Notes: generated by a model from the letters alone, not told the origin. DNA of 64,000 nt from Hyaloraphidium curvatum SAG 235-1 (GCA_025558095.1 JAIVFI010000001.1:620001-684000); one strand, 5' to 3'. Numbered from the stretch's first letter, positions 33,201-45,690 are shown. Made by a program: numbers and translations.

Positions 33201-36200
33201 CTTCGGCGAGGGCATCATCATCACGACGCACCAGGAGCTGCAGTACTACCTGTCGCTGCTCAACCAGCAGCTGCCGATCGAGAGCCAGTTCATCTCGAAG
33301 CTGGCCGACAACCTGAACGCGGAGCTGGTGCTCGGGACGGTGCGCAACCGGGACGACGCGGTTCAGTGGCTGGGCTACACGTACCTGTACATCCGCATGC
33401 TGCGCAACCCGGCGCTCTACGGCCTCGGCGCCGAGGACCTGGCCGAGGACCCGTACCTGGAGCAGAAGCGCGTGGACCTGGTGCACGCGGCGGCGCTGCA
33501 GCTGGACAAGGCGAACCTGGTCAAGTACGACCGCAAGTCGGGGCGGTTCCAGGTCACGGAGCTCGGCCGGATCGCGGCGCACTACTACATCTCGCACACG
33601 TCCATGGCCACGTTCAACCAGCACCTCAAGCCCACCATGACGCTCATCGACCTCTTCAGGGTCTTTGCGCTGGCGGAGGAGTTCAAGTACATCCCCGTGC
33701 GCGAAGAGGAGAAGCTGGAGCTGCAGAAGCTGATGGAGAGGGTGCCGATCCCCGTCAAGGAGAGCATCGAGGAGCCGACGGCCAAGATCAACATCCTCCT
33801 GCAGTCGTACATCTCCAACCTCAAGCTCGAGGGCTTCGCGCTCATGGCCGACATGGTGTACGTCACCCAGAGCGCCGGGCGCATCCTGCGCGCGCTGTTC
33901 GAGATCTGCCTGAAGCGCGGCTGGGCGCAGCTGGCGCGGCGGACGCTCGACATGTGCAAGATGGTGGACAAGAAGATGTGGCCGTCCATGAACCCGCTGC
34001 GGCAGTTCAAGGGCGTGCCTGCGGACATCATCAAGAAGATCGAGCGCAAGGAGTTTCCCTGGGACCGCTACTACGACCTCAACCCGCAGGAGCTCGGCGA
34101 GCTCGCGGGAATGCCCAAGGCCGGGAAGCTGATCCACAAGTTCGTGCACCACTTCCCCAAGCTGGACCTGCAGGCGCAGGTGCTGCCGATCACGAGGTCG
34201 CTGCTGCGGGTGGACCTGACCATCACGCCGGACTTTGAATTCGACGACAAGGTGCACGGCGGCGGCGCCGAGCCCTTCTGGATCCTCGTCGAGGACGTCG
34301 ACGGCGAGACGGTGCTGTACCACGACGTCTTCCTCCTCAAGGCGCTGTACGCCGGCGACGAGCACACGGTCACGTTCACCGTGCCGCTCTACGAGCCCCT
34401 GCCGCCCAACTACTTCGTCAGCATCGTGAGCGACCGCTGGCTGCAGTGCGAGACGCGCCTCCCCGTGTCGTTCAAGCACCTCATCCTGCCGGAGAAGTTC
34501 CCGCCGCACACGGAGCTCCTGGACCTCCAGCCGCTGCCCGTATCGGCGCTGCGTAACCCCGAGTACGAGAGGGTCTACGCCGAGATGGGCGTCAAGCACT
34601 TCAACCCGATCCAGACGCAGGTCTTCAACGAGGCCTACAATGGCGACAACAACCTCTTCGTGGGCGCGCCAACGGGCTCGGGCAAGACCGCGTGCGCCGA
34701 GTTTGCGCTGCTGCGGATGTGGCAGAAGAACCCCAAGGGCCGGTGCGTATACGTGGCGCCGTTCGAGGACGTGGTGGAGCAAAAGGCGGAGGACTGGCGG
34801 CGTCGCTTCGGCAAGCTCATGGGGGGCAAGAACATCGTGGAGCTCACGGGCGAGTCTGCGGCGGACCTCAAGCTGCTGGAGCGCGGCGACGTGGTGTTTG
34901 CGACGCCCGAGCGGTGGGACCAGATCTCGCGGAGGTGGAAGCAGCGCAAGAACGTGCAGAACGTGGGGCTGTTCGTCATGGACGACATCCACCTCATCGG
35001 CTCGGCCGTCGGCCCCGTCATCGAGGTCATCACCTCGCGGATGAGGTACATCAACGCGCAGCTCAACGCGGCCGAGGGTGAGGTGAAGAAGCTCGAGAAC
35101 AAGATCCGTATCGTGGCGCTGGGTACGAGCCTAGCCAACGCCAGGGACCTGGGCGAGTGGATCGGCGCGACGCCGGCGTCCATCTTCAACTTCCACCCCA
35201 ACGTGCGGCCGGTGCCGCTCGAGATCGTCATCCAGGGCTACAACATCCCGCACTTTGCCTCGCTCATGCTCGCCATGACCAAGCCGGCCTACCTCGCGAT
35301 CGGGGACAAGCCGACCATCGTGTTCACGCCGAGCCGGAAGCAGGCGCGCCTGACGGCGGTGGACCTGGTCAGCTACTGCGCGGCTGAGGGCGACGAGACC
35401 AAGTTCCTGCACGCGGCCGAGGACGAGATCGCGCCCTTCCTGTCGCGCGTGCAGGACAAGGCGCTGGCCGAGAGCCTGCGGGCGGGCGTGGCCTACTACC
35501 ACGAGGCGCTCAGCAAGTCGGACCGGAGGATCGTGAAGCAGCTGTTCGATTCGGGGGCGGTGCAGGTGGTGGTGGCCAGCAAGGAGACGTGCTGGGGCAT
35601 GCCGATGCAGTCGCATCTCGTCGTGATCATGGGGACGCAGTACTACGAGGGCAAGGAGCACAGGTACACGGACTATCCGATGACGGACGTGCTGGAGATG
35701 ATGGGCCGCGCGTCCAAGCCCGCCGAGGGCGAGAGCGCGCGGTGCGTGCTCATGTGCCAGAGCGTCAAGAAGGACTTCTACAAGAAGTTCCTGTACGAGG
35801 CGCTGCCGGTGGAGAGCCACCTGGACCAGGTGCTGCACGACCACTTCAACGCCGAAATCGTGACCAAGACCATCGAGAACAAGCAGGACGCGGTGGACTA
35901 CCTCACGTGGACGTTCCTTTACCGGCGGATGGCGCTCAACCCCAACTACTACGGCCTGACGGGCGTCACGCACCGCCACCTCTCGGATCACCTCTCGGAG
36001 CTCGTGGAAAACACCATCAACGACCTGGTCCAGAGCAAGTGCATCGCGATGGAGGACGACATGGACCTGTCGGCGCTGAACCTGGGCATGATCGCGGCCT
36101 ACTACTACGTCACCTACCTGACCATCGAGATGTTCGGCATGTCGCTCACGGCGGGCACCAAGCTGCGCGGCCTGCTCGAGATCGTCTCGGCGGCGTCCGA

Positions 36201-37104
36201 GTTCGACTCGGTGCCGATCCGGCACCACGAGGACGCTGTGCTGCGCAAGCTGCACGACCGGCTCCCGGTCAAGCTCGGGCAGCAGCCCCGGTACAGCGAC
36301 CCGCACGTCAAGACCAACATCCTCCTGCAGGCGCAGTTTTCGCGGCTGCAGCTTCCGCCGGACCTCGAGTCGGACCAGAAGGAGATCCTGGGCAAGGTGC
36401 TGAACCTGCTGCAGGCGGCCGTGGACGTCATCTCGTCCAACGGCTGGCTCGGGCCGGCGCTCAACGCCATGGAGCTGAGCCAGATGGTGGTGCAGGCGGT
36501 GTGGGACCGCGACTCGCCGCTCAAGCAGATCCCGCACTTTACCGCGGACATCATCAAGCGCGCGCAGGAGCGTGGCGCCGAGACGGTATTCGACGTGATG
36601 GAGATGGAGGATGACGTGCGCGGGGAGGTGCTCAAGGGGCTGGACCAGCGCAAGCTGGCGGACGTGGCGCGGTTCGTGAACCGGTACCCCAACATTGACA
36701 TGACCTACGAGGTGGACGCCGGCGACGCGCCCGTCCCAGCGGGCGAGAACGTCGAGGTCAAGGTGCAGCTGGAGCGGCAGGAGGACGACGAGGACGCGCC
36801 CGCGGGCGACGCGGGCCCGGTGGTCGCGCCCTTCTACCCGGGCAAGAAGGACGAAGGGTGGTGGGTCGTGGTGGGCGACGCCAAGACAAAGTCGCTGGCG
36901 GCGATCAAGCGCACGACGCTGCAGAAGCGCGCGCAGCTCAAGCTGGACTTTGCCGCCCCCGAGAAGGAGGGCGAGTACGAGTACACGGTCTACCTTATCG
37001 CGGACAGCGTGGCGGGGTGCGATCAGGAGTACCAGTTCAAGCTCAAGGTTGAGCCGAACGACGAGATCGGGAGCGGAGGGGATGACGACGCGATGGAGGA
37101 GTGA
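30225..37104 (+). CDS. BRR2: U5 snRNP 200-kDa helicase Brr2
   Basis: N-terminal [16 protein letters not shown] and EPTGQAESL. Two Ski2-like cassettes ([12 protein letters not shown] and [12 protein letters not shown]) each followed by a Sec63 unit. Introns 30780-30837 and 31714-31779. Confidence 0.98.
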
Positions 37105-37399
37105 TTGTCGGGCGCCGTGTACGTCGGCAGGATGCGGTGGAGTGTAGACGCTGCGTGAAATGGAGACCTTTTTGTCGCGCTCCTGGTGCTGCGATCTGAG
37201 TACCAGTTGAGCCAAGCGACGAGGTCGGGAGCCGGGCCGTGCACACAATGCGACGGACGATAAAGGACACCACCACCACTTCCCTTCCGTTCTCCATTCT
37301 CAAGCACCCCGCGGTCAAAACTACACAGGCCTGCGACTCCTTGCTGCATGCCCTGCGTGGAACGGGTTAGCAGACCTACCCTATCTCGTCCTCCTCCGG

Positions 37400-40045
37400 C
37401 TACGCATCTTCCGCCCCGTCTTGCATCCCCCCTTCGTCCCCTTCGTCGGGCGGCGGCGCCGAGTCCTCCTCCCCGACCTCGACCTCGGCCTCCCCGTCCG
37501 TCTCCTCGGCCGACGCATGCACCCCGCGGGGCGATTCCTCCTCCGACGCGTCCCACTCGACGTCCTGCTCCTCGCCCTCCCCATCCTCCTCCTTGGGTTC
37601 CTCTCCGACGCCGGCAGCACCGCCAGTCGCCAGCGGTGCGCCGAGGTACCTCCCCGTCTCGAAAAACGCCTCGAGATCCTCCCTCCGCGGCACCAGCTGC
37701 GCCCTCGTCCCGTCGCGCGAGCGCACGAACACGGTGCCTTCCATCGCCGCCAGGCGCCGCATGTTTTCGGGGTCGGCCGCGACGAGGGGATACACGAAAT
37801 CGATGAAGGAGGGGTACGGGGTGCCGAGGGGGTCGCGGGAGAGGAAGGCGCGCACGGCGCGTTCGGTGAGCGTCGCAGGGGGTTCTTGGGCGGCAGCGGT
37901 CGGAGCGGGAGGCGCCGGTGCGGATGCCGGTGCGGATGCCGGTGCCGGGCTGGCCGCGCCTGCATCGGAAGCATGCGCTGCAAACGAAGCATGCACTGCC
38001 GGCCGCGGGCTCGCAACCCGCGTCGGCACCTCGGTCCCCACCCCGGACTCCCTGCCCGGGACCTCGCTATCCGCCTCGATCCCCACGAAATCCGCCGCCA
38101 GCGCCGGCTCGCTGATCACGTGCCGTGTGTGGAACAGCAGCGGCGCGTCCTCCTCGACCACCGCGACGGCAGGGTTGGCGGAGGGGGAGGGGCGGGAAGG
38201 GATGCGGGCCGTGGCGTGGCTTGGGGTCGTTGGGCGGGGTGCGGCGGGGTGCTCGTGCGCATAGCCAGCTTGCTCGCGGTGATCGGGCGCTCCGGGCACG
38301 TCGCGATGCATCGTACCGTCCTCCTCGGTCGCATCCGAAGGGCCTGCCCCGTCATGCGCAGCCGATTCGCCGCGCGGCACGCCGACGGCCGTATCCGCCG
38401 TCGCAGCGCCTCCAACCCCTTCACTGTGCACGACAATGTGTATCCCATCCTGCCTCATCGTGCCGTCCTCGGGCGTAGTCCTTTCCTCCTCCGGCGTCGT
38501 CCTCCCGGGGCCCGTGCCCCCCGCATCGGTGCCCGTGGAAACCCTCGGCACGCGGGAGCGGTCCAGCGTGCGCTTCCTCGACCCTTCCGCATCGGCGGGC
38601 CGCACGGGTACGCTCCGGGCCGCGGGTGCTCCCGCGGAACCCGTCGGCGCGGGATTGCCGGGCGCGGGCACCGGCGCCTCCGCGGCACCGTAATACGCCC
38701 GCGCCGCCGCCGCGCCGGGCCGCTTCCCGGCGGCGGGCGGCAACGACCAGTCCTTCCTCGATTTCGGGAGCGGGCCGGCGACGACCAGCGCCCCCTTGCC
38801 CTCCTTCCCTCCTTCCTCGACGGGGGAAACGGCGGGCGGCTCCCCCCAATCCTTTTTGCTCTTTGGCAGCGGCCTGCCGTCGGTCGCCAGCACCGCCTTC
38901 TTCTTTGCCGGCTGCGCGGAATCGTCGGGTTCGTCGCCGGCGCGCTTGGGCTTGCCCTTGGGCGAGGGCTGCTTCGCTGACTGCTGGGAGGGGGGGTTGG
39001 CGGGGCCGACGCGGGCGGCGAGGGCGGAGCTGAGGGGCTTCGCCTGGCCCTGCTTGCGCGGCTGGGATGCCGCGGCTTGGGGCTGCGAGGGGGGCGGCCT
39101 GGCGGGCAGGTGCTGCTGCGCGGACGGCGCGCGGGGTGCTGCCGCGCCGGCGGATGCGGCGGGCTTCTTGGCCTGCTTCCCCGCGCGGGGCTGCTGCCCG
39201 CCAGGCGCGGCGGCCGAGTCGGGGGAGGGGGGCATGCTCGCGACGAGCTCCATGATCCTGTCCACGACGGGGCTGGATGCGCCGCCGTGCACAAACACGG
39301 CGCGCTGTTCCGCCGGCGCGGCCTGAGGGGGTGTGCGGCCGCGGGGCGGGGTGGCGCTGCGGGTGCGGCTCCGCGAGCGGCTGCGGGGGCGCTTCCTGCT
39401 GCGGTCTGCGGGGTACTCCCTCCTCCGCACCGAGTCGGGGGAGCGGGAGCGCGAGGCGGGGCGGCGGCGGTAGTCCGGGGAAGGCGAGCGCGAGCGGCGG
39501 CGATCGCGCGATCTCGTGCGGGACCGCCTCCGTTCGTCGCGGCGGTCCCGCTCGTATCTGTCCCTGTCCCGATCCCGATCCCTATCGCGATCTCTATCGC
39601 GCCCGCGGTCGCGGGGGGAAGGCGATCTCTCGCGCGGGGGCGAGGGGGTCCACCGGGGTTCGGGCGCCTTGGCTTTTGGTGGGGCCGGCGGCGCGTTGGA
39701 GAGCGTAAAGCGCAGCTCGGCGGGCGGCTCGTGCGGCGTGGCCTTCGCGGACTGCAGCGCCGCCGCGGCGAGTTCGTTGACGACGGTGATTTTGAGCTGC
39801 TGGGGCGCCTCCTTCTTCGCGGGGGCCTTTGCGCCTTCCCCGCGGGTTCCGGCCGACGGCTCCCTCCGCTGCGTGCCGCCCCTTGCGGGCGCCTGCCGCG
39901 GCTGCGCGCTTCCCCGTGCGGTTCCCCTCGCCGACGGCGCGCGCGGCGGGGCGGGCTCGGCGGGGTCGGCCGGCGACACCCGCGCGCCCAGCCGCGCGAG
40001 GATGGCCGGAGGCGCCTTGCCGCCGCGGCCGCCGTTCGACGCCAT
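37400..40045 (-). CDS. RS/RD-rich disordered nuclear-type protein with a small C-terminal globular domain
   Basis: Intronless ORF with a good ATG context (aagATGGCG), an RD/RS tract, basic NLS-like clusters and an acidic tail. Confidence 0.6.
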   Translation of the reverse strand: MASNGGRGGKAPPAILARLGARVSPADPAEPAPPRAPSARGTARGSAQPRQAPARGGTQRREPSAGTRGEGAKAPAKKEAPQQLKITVVNELAAAALQSAKATPHEPPAELRFTLSNAPPAPPKAKAPEPRWTPSPPRERSPSPRDRGRDRDRDRDRDRDRDRYERDRRDERRRSRTRSRDRRRSRSPSPDYRRRPASRSRSPDSVRRREYPADRSRKRPRSRSRSRTRSATPPRGRTPPQAAPAEQRAVFVHGGASSPVVDRIMELVASMPPSPDSAAAPGGQQPRAGKQAKKPAASAGAAAPRAPSAQQHLPARPPPSQPQAAASQPRKQGQAKPLSSALAARVGPANPPSQQSAKQPSPKGKPKRAGDEPDDSAQPAKKKAVLATDGRPLPKSKKDWGEPPAVSPVEEGGKEGKGALVVAGPLPKSRKDWSLPPAAGKRPGAAAARAYYGAAEAPVPAPGNPAPTGSAGAPAARSVPVRPADAEGSRKRTLDRSRVPRVSTGTDAGGTGPGRTTPEEERTTPEDGTMRQDGIHIVVHSEGVGGAATADTAVGVPRGESAAHDGAGPSDATEEDGTMHRDVPGAPDHREQAGYAHEHPAAPRPTTPSHATARIPSRPSPSANPAVAVVEEDAPLLFHTRHVISEPALAADFVGIEADSEVPGRESGVGTEVPTRVASPRPAVHASFAAHASDAGAASPAPASAPASAPAPPAPTAAAQEPPATLTERAVRAFLSRDPLGTPYPSFIDFVYPLVAADPENMRRLAAMEGTVFVRSRDGTRAQLVPRREDLEAFFETGRYLGAPLATGGAAGVGEEPKEEDGEGEEQDVEWDASEEESPRGVHASAEETDGEAEVEVGEEDSAPPPDEGDEGGMQDGAEDA

Positions 40046-40654
40046 CTTAAATTGCGCGCCCAATTGCCGGGCGACGCCGGGGAGGCCCGGGTGGCCGGCT
40101 GTCCCCCGTCTTGTTTGGTGGAAGCGGGCGCGCAGCGTCAAGCGATCACGCGAAACCGAAGAGACCCCGCCCACGGCTTCTCAAGGGAGCTGCTGCGCCA
40201 GCCGCAATGTGATGGGATACCGCGGATGCAATGCAGAGGAGTGCGGATGGTGCCTGGATGCGGCCGGCAGGGCGCCTACTCCCCGTCTCGCTATAGAAAG
40301 CTCAAGCCCGATTCCTCTTCAAAATCATTCAGCTTACAATGATTTGCCAGTTGCACTGCTTTCGAAGCCATGATTGGTGGCGTGAGTGCTGCTGGAATGG
40401 AGCTGGAATCGTCCCTCGCATAAGAAACGGCCGGTCGCTCCGGAGAATGGATCAGAGACAGCCGAGCAGTATACGAGCAGGAAACAGATACCTCCATAAT
40501 CAAGCCCTGGGTTATCGATCAAGACCTGCTTTGGACGCTGGGCGCTAGCTCCAGGTGCCGAGACCGGATCGGACGAGGAACGACGCGACGTCGTGGCAAA
40601 GTTGAATTTTCCCGCTCGCCCATTCTCCCCGGCAGACCGCCCGGCAGCACCAGC

Positions 40655-42336
40655 ATGGGCGGCCCGGCAGCGGATCCCGGCGCTGCGCCGCCGAAGGACC
40701 TCCGCGGCTACGCGGCGCACCTCGCCGGGGGCTGCGTCCCCGCCCCCCGAACCCCCCTCCGAATCGTTTCGCTCTTCTTCCTCGCAATCCTTCTGGGCTG
40801 CTCCGACGCCGGCTGGGGCGTCGTCCTCCCCTTTTTCCGCGACACCTTCGGCCTGACCAACTCGACGGCCTCGCTAAACTTCATCTGCGGCGTCGCCGGC
40901 TTCGTCCTCGCCTCGCTCTCCAACGGCGCCGTGCTCGCCCACCTGGGCGTCGACGCCGGGCTCTACATCGGCTCCCTGCTCTCCGCCGTGGCCTACTCCC
41001 TCCTCGCCGGCGCGCTGCCGTTCGGCGCCTGCCTGTTCGCCTTCTTCGTCCTCGGCGCCGGCTCGGGCTTGCAGGACGCCGGGGCAAACATCGTCAGCGT
41101 GCGCTTCCCTGTCGTGGGCAACCTCGTGCTCAATTTCTTCCACGCTCTTTACGGGATCGGTGCCCTCCTGGGCCCGCCGATAGCCACGGCGATCGTCCTG
41201 GTGCGCCCGTGGAACTTCGTCTATGTCGTTTGGGCCGCGCTGCAGGTGTTTTCGCTGGGGTTGCTGCTGGTCGCATTCAGGGGGTTGGCGCCGCGGAACG
41301 GTGGGGAGGACGTGGTTCTGGGGCGGCCGGGCAGGGGGACCGACGAGGTGGTCGAGGTGGCCGTCGTGGACGGCAAGGAGCTGGCCGTCGCGGACGGCAA
41401 GGAGCCCGAGAAGGCGGGCGGGGACGAGGAAGTGGACCTTTCTGCGGCGGAGGAGGAGCTCCCGGACGCGGTCGAGCGGGAACCGCCTCCGGCACCCACG
41501 GACGCCGACGCGGAGCTGCCCGCCTCGGTTTCCGCCGCCGCCGGCAGGCCCATCCCCACCGACACTGTCCGCACGGCGAAATCCCGCGCCGAAACCACCA
41601 AGGCGGCCGCCACCGACTTTGCGCGCATGGTCCGGATGCCGCTGGTCTGGATCGCCGCGCTGCACCTGCTCTTCTACGTCGGCGGGGAGGTGACCGTGGG
41701 CTCCTGGGCATTCAGCTTCCTGACCGAGGTCAGGGGAGGGAGCACCGCGGAGTCGGGACCGCTCGTCAGCTGCTACTGGGGTGGCCTAGTGGCATCGCGG
41801 CTTTTTTTCATGCCCTTGACGGACCGCATGGGCGACAGAGTGGCCGGCCTCGTGTACCTTGGCGTGTCGACGGCCGCGCTGGCGGTTCTCTGGGCCGTGC
41901 CGAGCATCCCCGTCAATGCCGCGATGCTCTTTTTCGTCGGGCTCGGTTACGGACCCCTGTGAGTCCGTCGCCGCCCCACACCGCCGCCCGCTGACCCCTT
42001 CGCAGCTACCCCCTCGCAATCACCCTCGTCTCGAGGGCCTTTGACCAGCGCGACCCCGCCGACGCATCCCTCTTCGCCACCGCCATGGGCTTCCTCGTCG
42101 CCCTCGCCTCGCTGGGCGCCGCGTTTTTCCCGTGGTTCACCGGCGCGATGTCGCAGCTGGCCGACCCGGACGGATCGGGGGTGTGGGTGTTCGCGCCGAT
42201 CGCGATTGGGCTGAACGTGGTGGTGGCGGTGCTGTACGTGGCGATGGTGGCGAGCGTGGCGAGGAGGAAGAAGGAGAGGGAGGCGGCAAGGGGGGCGGCG
42301 GAGGCTGCGGACAAAGCAGCGGATGAGGGGACATAG
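40655..42336 (+). CDS. Major facilitator superfamily transporter (fucose-permease/Bsc6-like)
   Basis: About 12 TM helices; GAGSGLQDAGAN, NFFHALYGIGALLGP and FYVGGEVTVGSW. Intron 41959-42005. Confidence 0.9.
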
Positions 42337-43146
42337 GGGCCCGCGGAACGGCCTTTCCAGAGATGCATCGGTTGTAACCCATCGTGATCCGTACGTTCTG
42401 CCGCGCTAGGTCCTTTGGTCGCGCAAATGAGCCACGAATTCTCCGGGAAGCAGCGACCATGATGATATGGCATTTGATTGCCAGTTCCATTGGCTCATCG
42501 TTAGAAGACGCGGCAGGGCCGGCCCCAAAGCTCCTTGCTTCCCCATTCACCTCGACCCGACTCCCGGAGGTGCCCCGATTGCGCATGGACACCTCTGGCC
42601 CCGCAGCCACGGTGATCTGGAGGATCGGAAACATCGATCCGGGAGTTCTTGGAGGCCGTTATGGGAGCCGATGGGCGTGGGAAGCGTGCGGACGGACTAA
42701 GGCGGCACACTCCGTATCGTCCCCCCACAGCATTTTGTCGTTTCGGCCCGTCCGCTGCGGCAACCAAACACGGCAGACAAGGCACAGCGGATGCGACCAC
42801 GCGCTGTGGTGGACTCGGGGCCGTGTGGACATCCGCAGCAACACCGCCATGCGACTGAAAAGCCTGGAGGCCCGCACCGCAATAGAGTCGCGAGAAGCCT
42901 TACACATCCGCTTTTTTCCGTTCGACTTGCTGGAATCCCCAGGCAAGCATCGGGACACCGTACCGGAAACAAGGGTTGTTCTTTCGCAAACGTGAACGGG
43001 TCCAGAACTGCAGCGTTTACAAAGAGGTAAAGAGGGGAAAAGAAAGCCACTCCAAGGTTAGGGCCGACGCCACTGCGGCGCGCACGGCTCAGCACGATCC
43101 CAAACGATCCCCCGAAGTGCTTGCTGCAGTCCAACCGGCACAAAGG

Positions 43147-44475
43147 ATGCCTTCCAAGACATGGCTCATTGTCCTTTTGATTTGCTCATGCACGTCCGCC
43201 GCTTGGGCCCTACCGGCGCCCTCGGGCGCGAAGTGCCTCTCGTCCGGCGCAGCCGGGGGCTGTGCATCTTTCTGTTGCTTCGAGGGGACCTGCAGGCCGT
43301 ACCGCGAATGTTTTGGTGTCTCGGGAGCTGCTTTGGGGTCCGAATGCACTATCAGTGAGGGCGGGAACTGCGCGAGGTGTGTTGCTGGCTGCCATGCGCT
43401 CTCGCTCTCGTTGTCCGTTTCTGAGTCAGTTTTCCTCAAAGCGGCTGCTGCTACCTCGGCATCTGCTCAGAACACGCGGTCTGTTTCGGGTGGCAGGCCT
43501 CCACTAGCACCGTGGACGCCCAAGATTCCAATGGTTCAGCGCCTACAAACTCCGGAAACTCGAACTCGGCCCCGACTCACGAAGGTCTGACTTACTTCAA
43601 CCCGGAATTCCCTGATGGCACCGCTTGCTCTGTGGACCGCCATGACGACTGCGCCTCCCACTGCTGTTTCGAAGGTGCTTGCAGCAATCCCACTCTGTGC
43701 GGGTCGCCCATTGCCCAGCCCGTGGGCGCACCGCTCTACACTTCTTGCTCCGCCCACGGCGAATGCGCAACGGGTTGCTGCAGCGCGGGTGTCTGCAGCT
43801 GGTATGGCCAGTGTTTCGGCGATTCTGTCGACACTGCCTCGATTCCTTCCGAGTTCTTGGACCCAACGTACCAGCCGCTCTCCATCCGCCTCGTTTCGCC
43901 GACACAATGGTGTCTCATGTTCCCCATTGGCTGGCAGATCATCGGCGATCACGAGTTCGAGGCCCATGTCCTCTGCAGCGGACCAATGGTCGCTGACAGT
44001 GGCGGAAAATTGCCCGCTGCTCCCGAAGGGATAGTGAGGAAGGCGTGGGTCGGCAAAGGAAGCGACGGGCAAGGAACTGAGTGGATACAGATGAGCGGGA
44101 TGGTGGACAGGAGCTTCTTTGCGGAAGGAGATACTGGAGGCCAGGTAGGCCGGCTCATTTGTTGCGCATGACTTAGCTCATTCACCTTCGCGCGTCATTT
44201 AGTACGACTCCGATGGCGAGCCGGTTCCGTCAGATCCCAATCGCGGAGCCCCCAGGGGTAGCAACTGTGCCGGTTATGATGAGTATGTCGAGCTTCTGAA
44301 CCCCGCGACGGAACTCTTCTGCGTGCGTTGCTGCAAAGGCCCTGCGTCAAAAACGATCTGCAACTTCCGCTTCAGGTGAGTTTTCAGAAAGGGGTCATCG
44401 TGGGTGTCCTGACAGATCGTACTCAGCGGGATGGGATGCGAGTTTGTTTTCCCCGGCATTCAAATGTCGGACTAA
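43147..44475 (+). CDS. Secreted protein with four Cys-rich repeats and an MP88-like fungal C-terminal domain
   Basis: Signal peptide; four C-C-CC-C-C modules; WCLMFP...IGDHE...WIQMSG...GGQYD...CAGYDEYVELLNP...FCVRCC. Three introns. Confidence 0.75.
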
Positions 44476-44542
44476 GGAACCTAAGGAAGGGGAAGCGGGA
44501 AGTGGAAACGTGATGTATGAGGGAAAAGAGAAGGACTCGAAA

Positions 44543-45183
44543 ATGGCCGACGCGGGCAATTCCGCTAACCGTGCAGCTGTCGCCGGAGATGAGCGGGACC
44601 TCCCTAGCAAGCTGGTCAAGTTCTGCCAGCAGTCTCTGGAACTGGAAACGATTTCTCTGGAGGTCAAGACGCCGAACGTGATCGTGGCTTTTGCGAGGGA
44701 GGACTTGGTCAGCTCAAAGCTCCGTAGCCTGGTCAGTACTCGGCGCCTCCCTGGCTACCTATTCTCGTTTGGCTGACCATCACGAGCTACGTTCAGACCA
44801 TACATCTCGATTTGCTCGACAGGCGCGTTCGCTACCCCGACATCGTGGAAACGATCAACGCCTTCACGAACCTCGAAACCCTGGCATACCCCATCCGAAA
44901 CTACCTCGAACTCGGATTGCCCCTCGCGGACGGCGAGAACCTCTTCCCCCCGACCCTCACGTTGCTGAAGATCTTGCCGTGGGGTGACGAGAAGCCCGTT
45001 CCGTCCCCGTTCCTGCACGAGCAGATCAGGGACCGGCTCGCGGGGATAGAGACGGTCGAAGTGTGCCTGGTAGTGAGGGGCTCGCTTCCTCCTTACGAGA
45101 TCGAGTTCTGGGAGTCGCTCGAGAACGGTGTGATGATCGAAGAGCTGTCTGATGGTTTTCCTGATCCTTCGTGGAATTTGTGA
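44543..45183 (+). CDS. N-terminally truncated, F-box-less paralog of the 10109-12151 gene
   Basis: LPSKLVK...PNVIVAFA...NLETL...RDRLAGIETVEVC...EFWESL. Intron 44732-44796 is homologous to 10567-10505, and the frame is intact once spliced. Confidence 0.6.
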
Positions 45184-45690
45184 GCGGACGATCATCGGAA
45201 AGAGCGGAAGAAGAGAGAGAGTAGGAGACCAAGCGGGAGACGTGGGAAGAAAAAGAGGAACTTCATGGATGATATCGCTGTACATTGCAGTCATGAAGCG
45301 TGAACACGCCATGCGGTTTCGATTCTGTGATCGCGGCGGCCGAGTTCGGCAGAGCGAAACCAGCGTCCCCGCCCTTCGGTTCCGATGCCGGTGCGTCCGA
45401 TGCCGGCTCCACGGCCTCCACCGCCAGGTCCGCAGGTACGGAGCGGTCCCTCCGTTCAACGACGCCGGCTTCCATCTTGGCCGAGCTCCGCGCGCCCGGT
45501 TCGGTAGGCTCGTCCGCGGCAGGTGCCACGGCCTCCTTTGCCTCGGTGACAGCCGACGACGCTTGCGGCACGTCCGCAGAGTCCGGCTTCTCTGCGTCCC
45601 ACGTCCCGCCGTACCAATGGGCTAGAAATGGCCCGCGCCCAGGCCGACGCACAGCCCCGTGCCATGGGGACGTTCCGGTCCATGAGCCGC
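44600..45690. repeat. Right copy of the ~1.1-kb inverted segmental duplication (partner 9580-10700)
   Basis: For example, the reverse complement reads ggctcatggaccggaacgt versus ggctcatggaccaaaacgt at 9581, and ccgaactcggccgccgcgatc is shared. Confidence 0.9.
45263..45690 (-). pseudogene. 3' fragment of the DUF2306-like gene
   Basis: WYGGTWDAEKPDSADVPQA...PNSAAAITESKP matches the tail of 8932-9957. It has a frameshifting insertion near 45665 and lacks the 5' two-thirds. Confidence 0.8.

Noticed and set aside
31756-37248. Long antisense ORFs (1078 aa, 705 aa) opposite BRR2, and similar shadow ORFs throughout
   Set aside because: These are expected by-products of high GC3 codon bias and show no recognisable motifs.
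10700-44600. Simple staggered-break inversion between the outer inverted copies
   Set aside because: Both parent genes remain intact at the left copy. A single inversion would have moved the F-box 5' part to the right end.
44732-44796. Apparent frameshift suggesting the 44543-45183 ORF is a pseudogene
   Set aside because: It is explained by a 65-nt intron that is conserved in the paralog.
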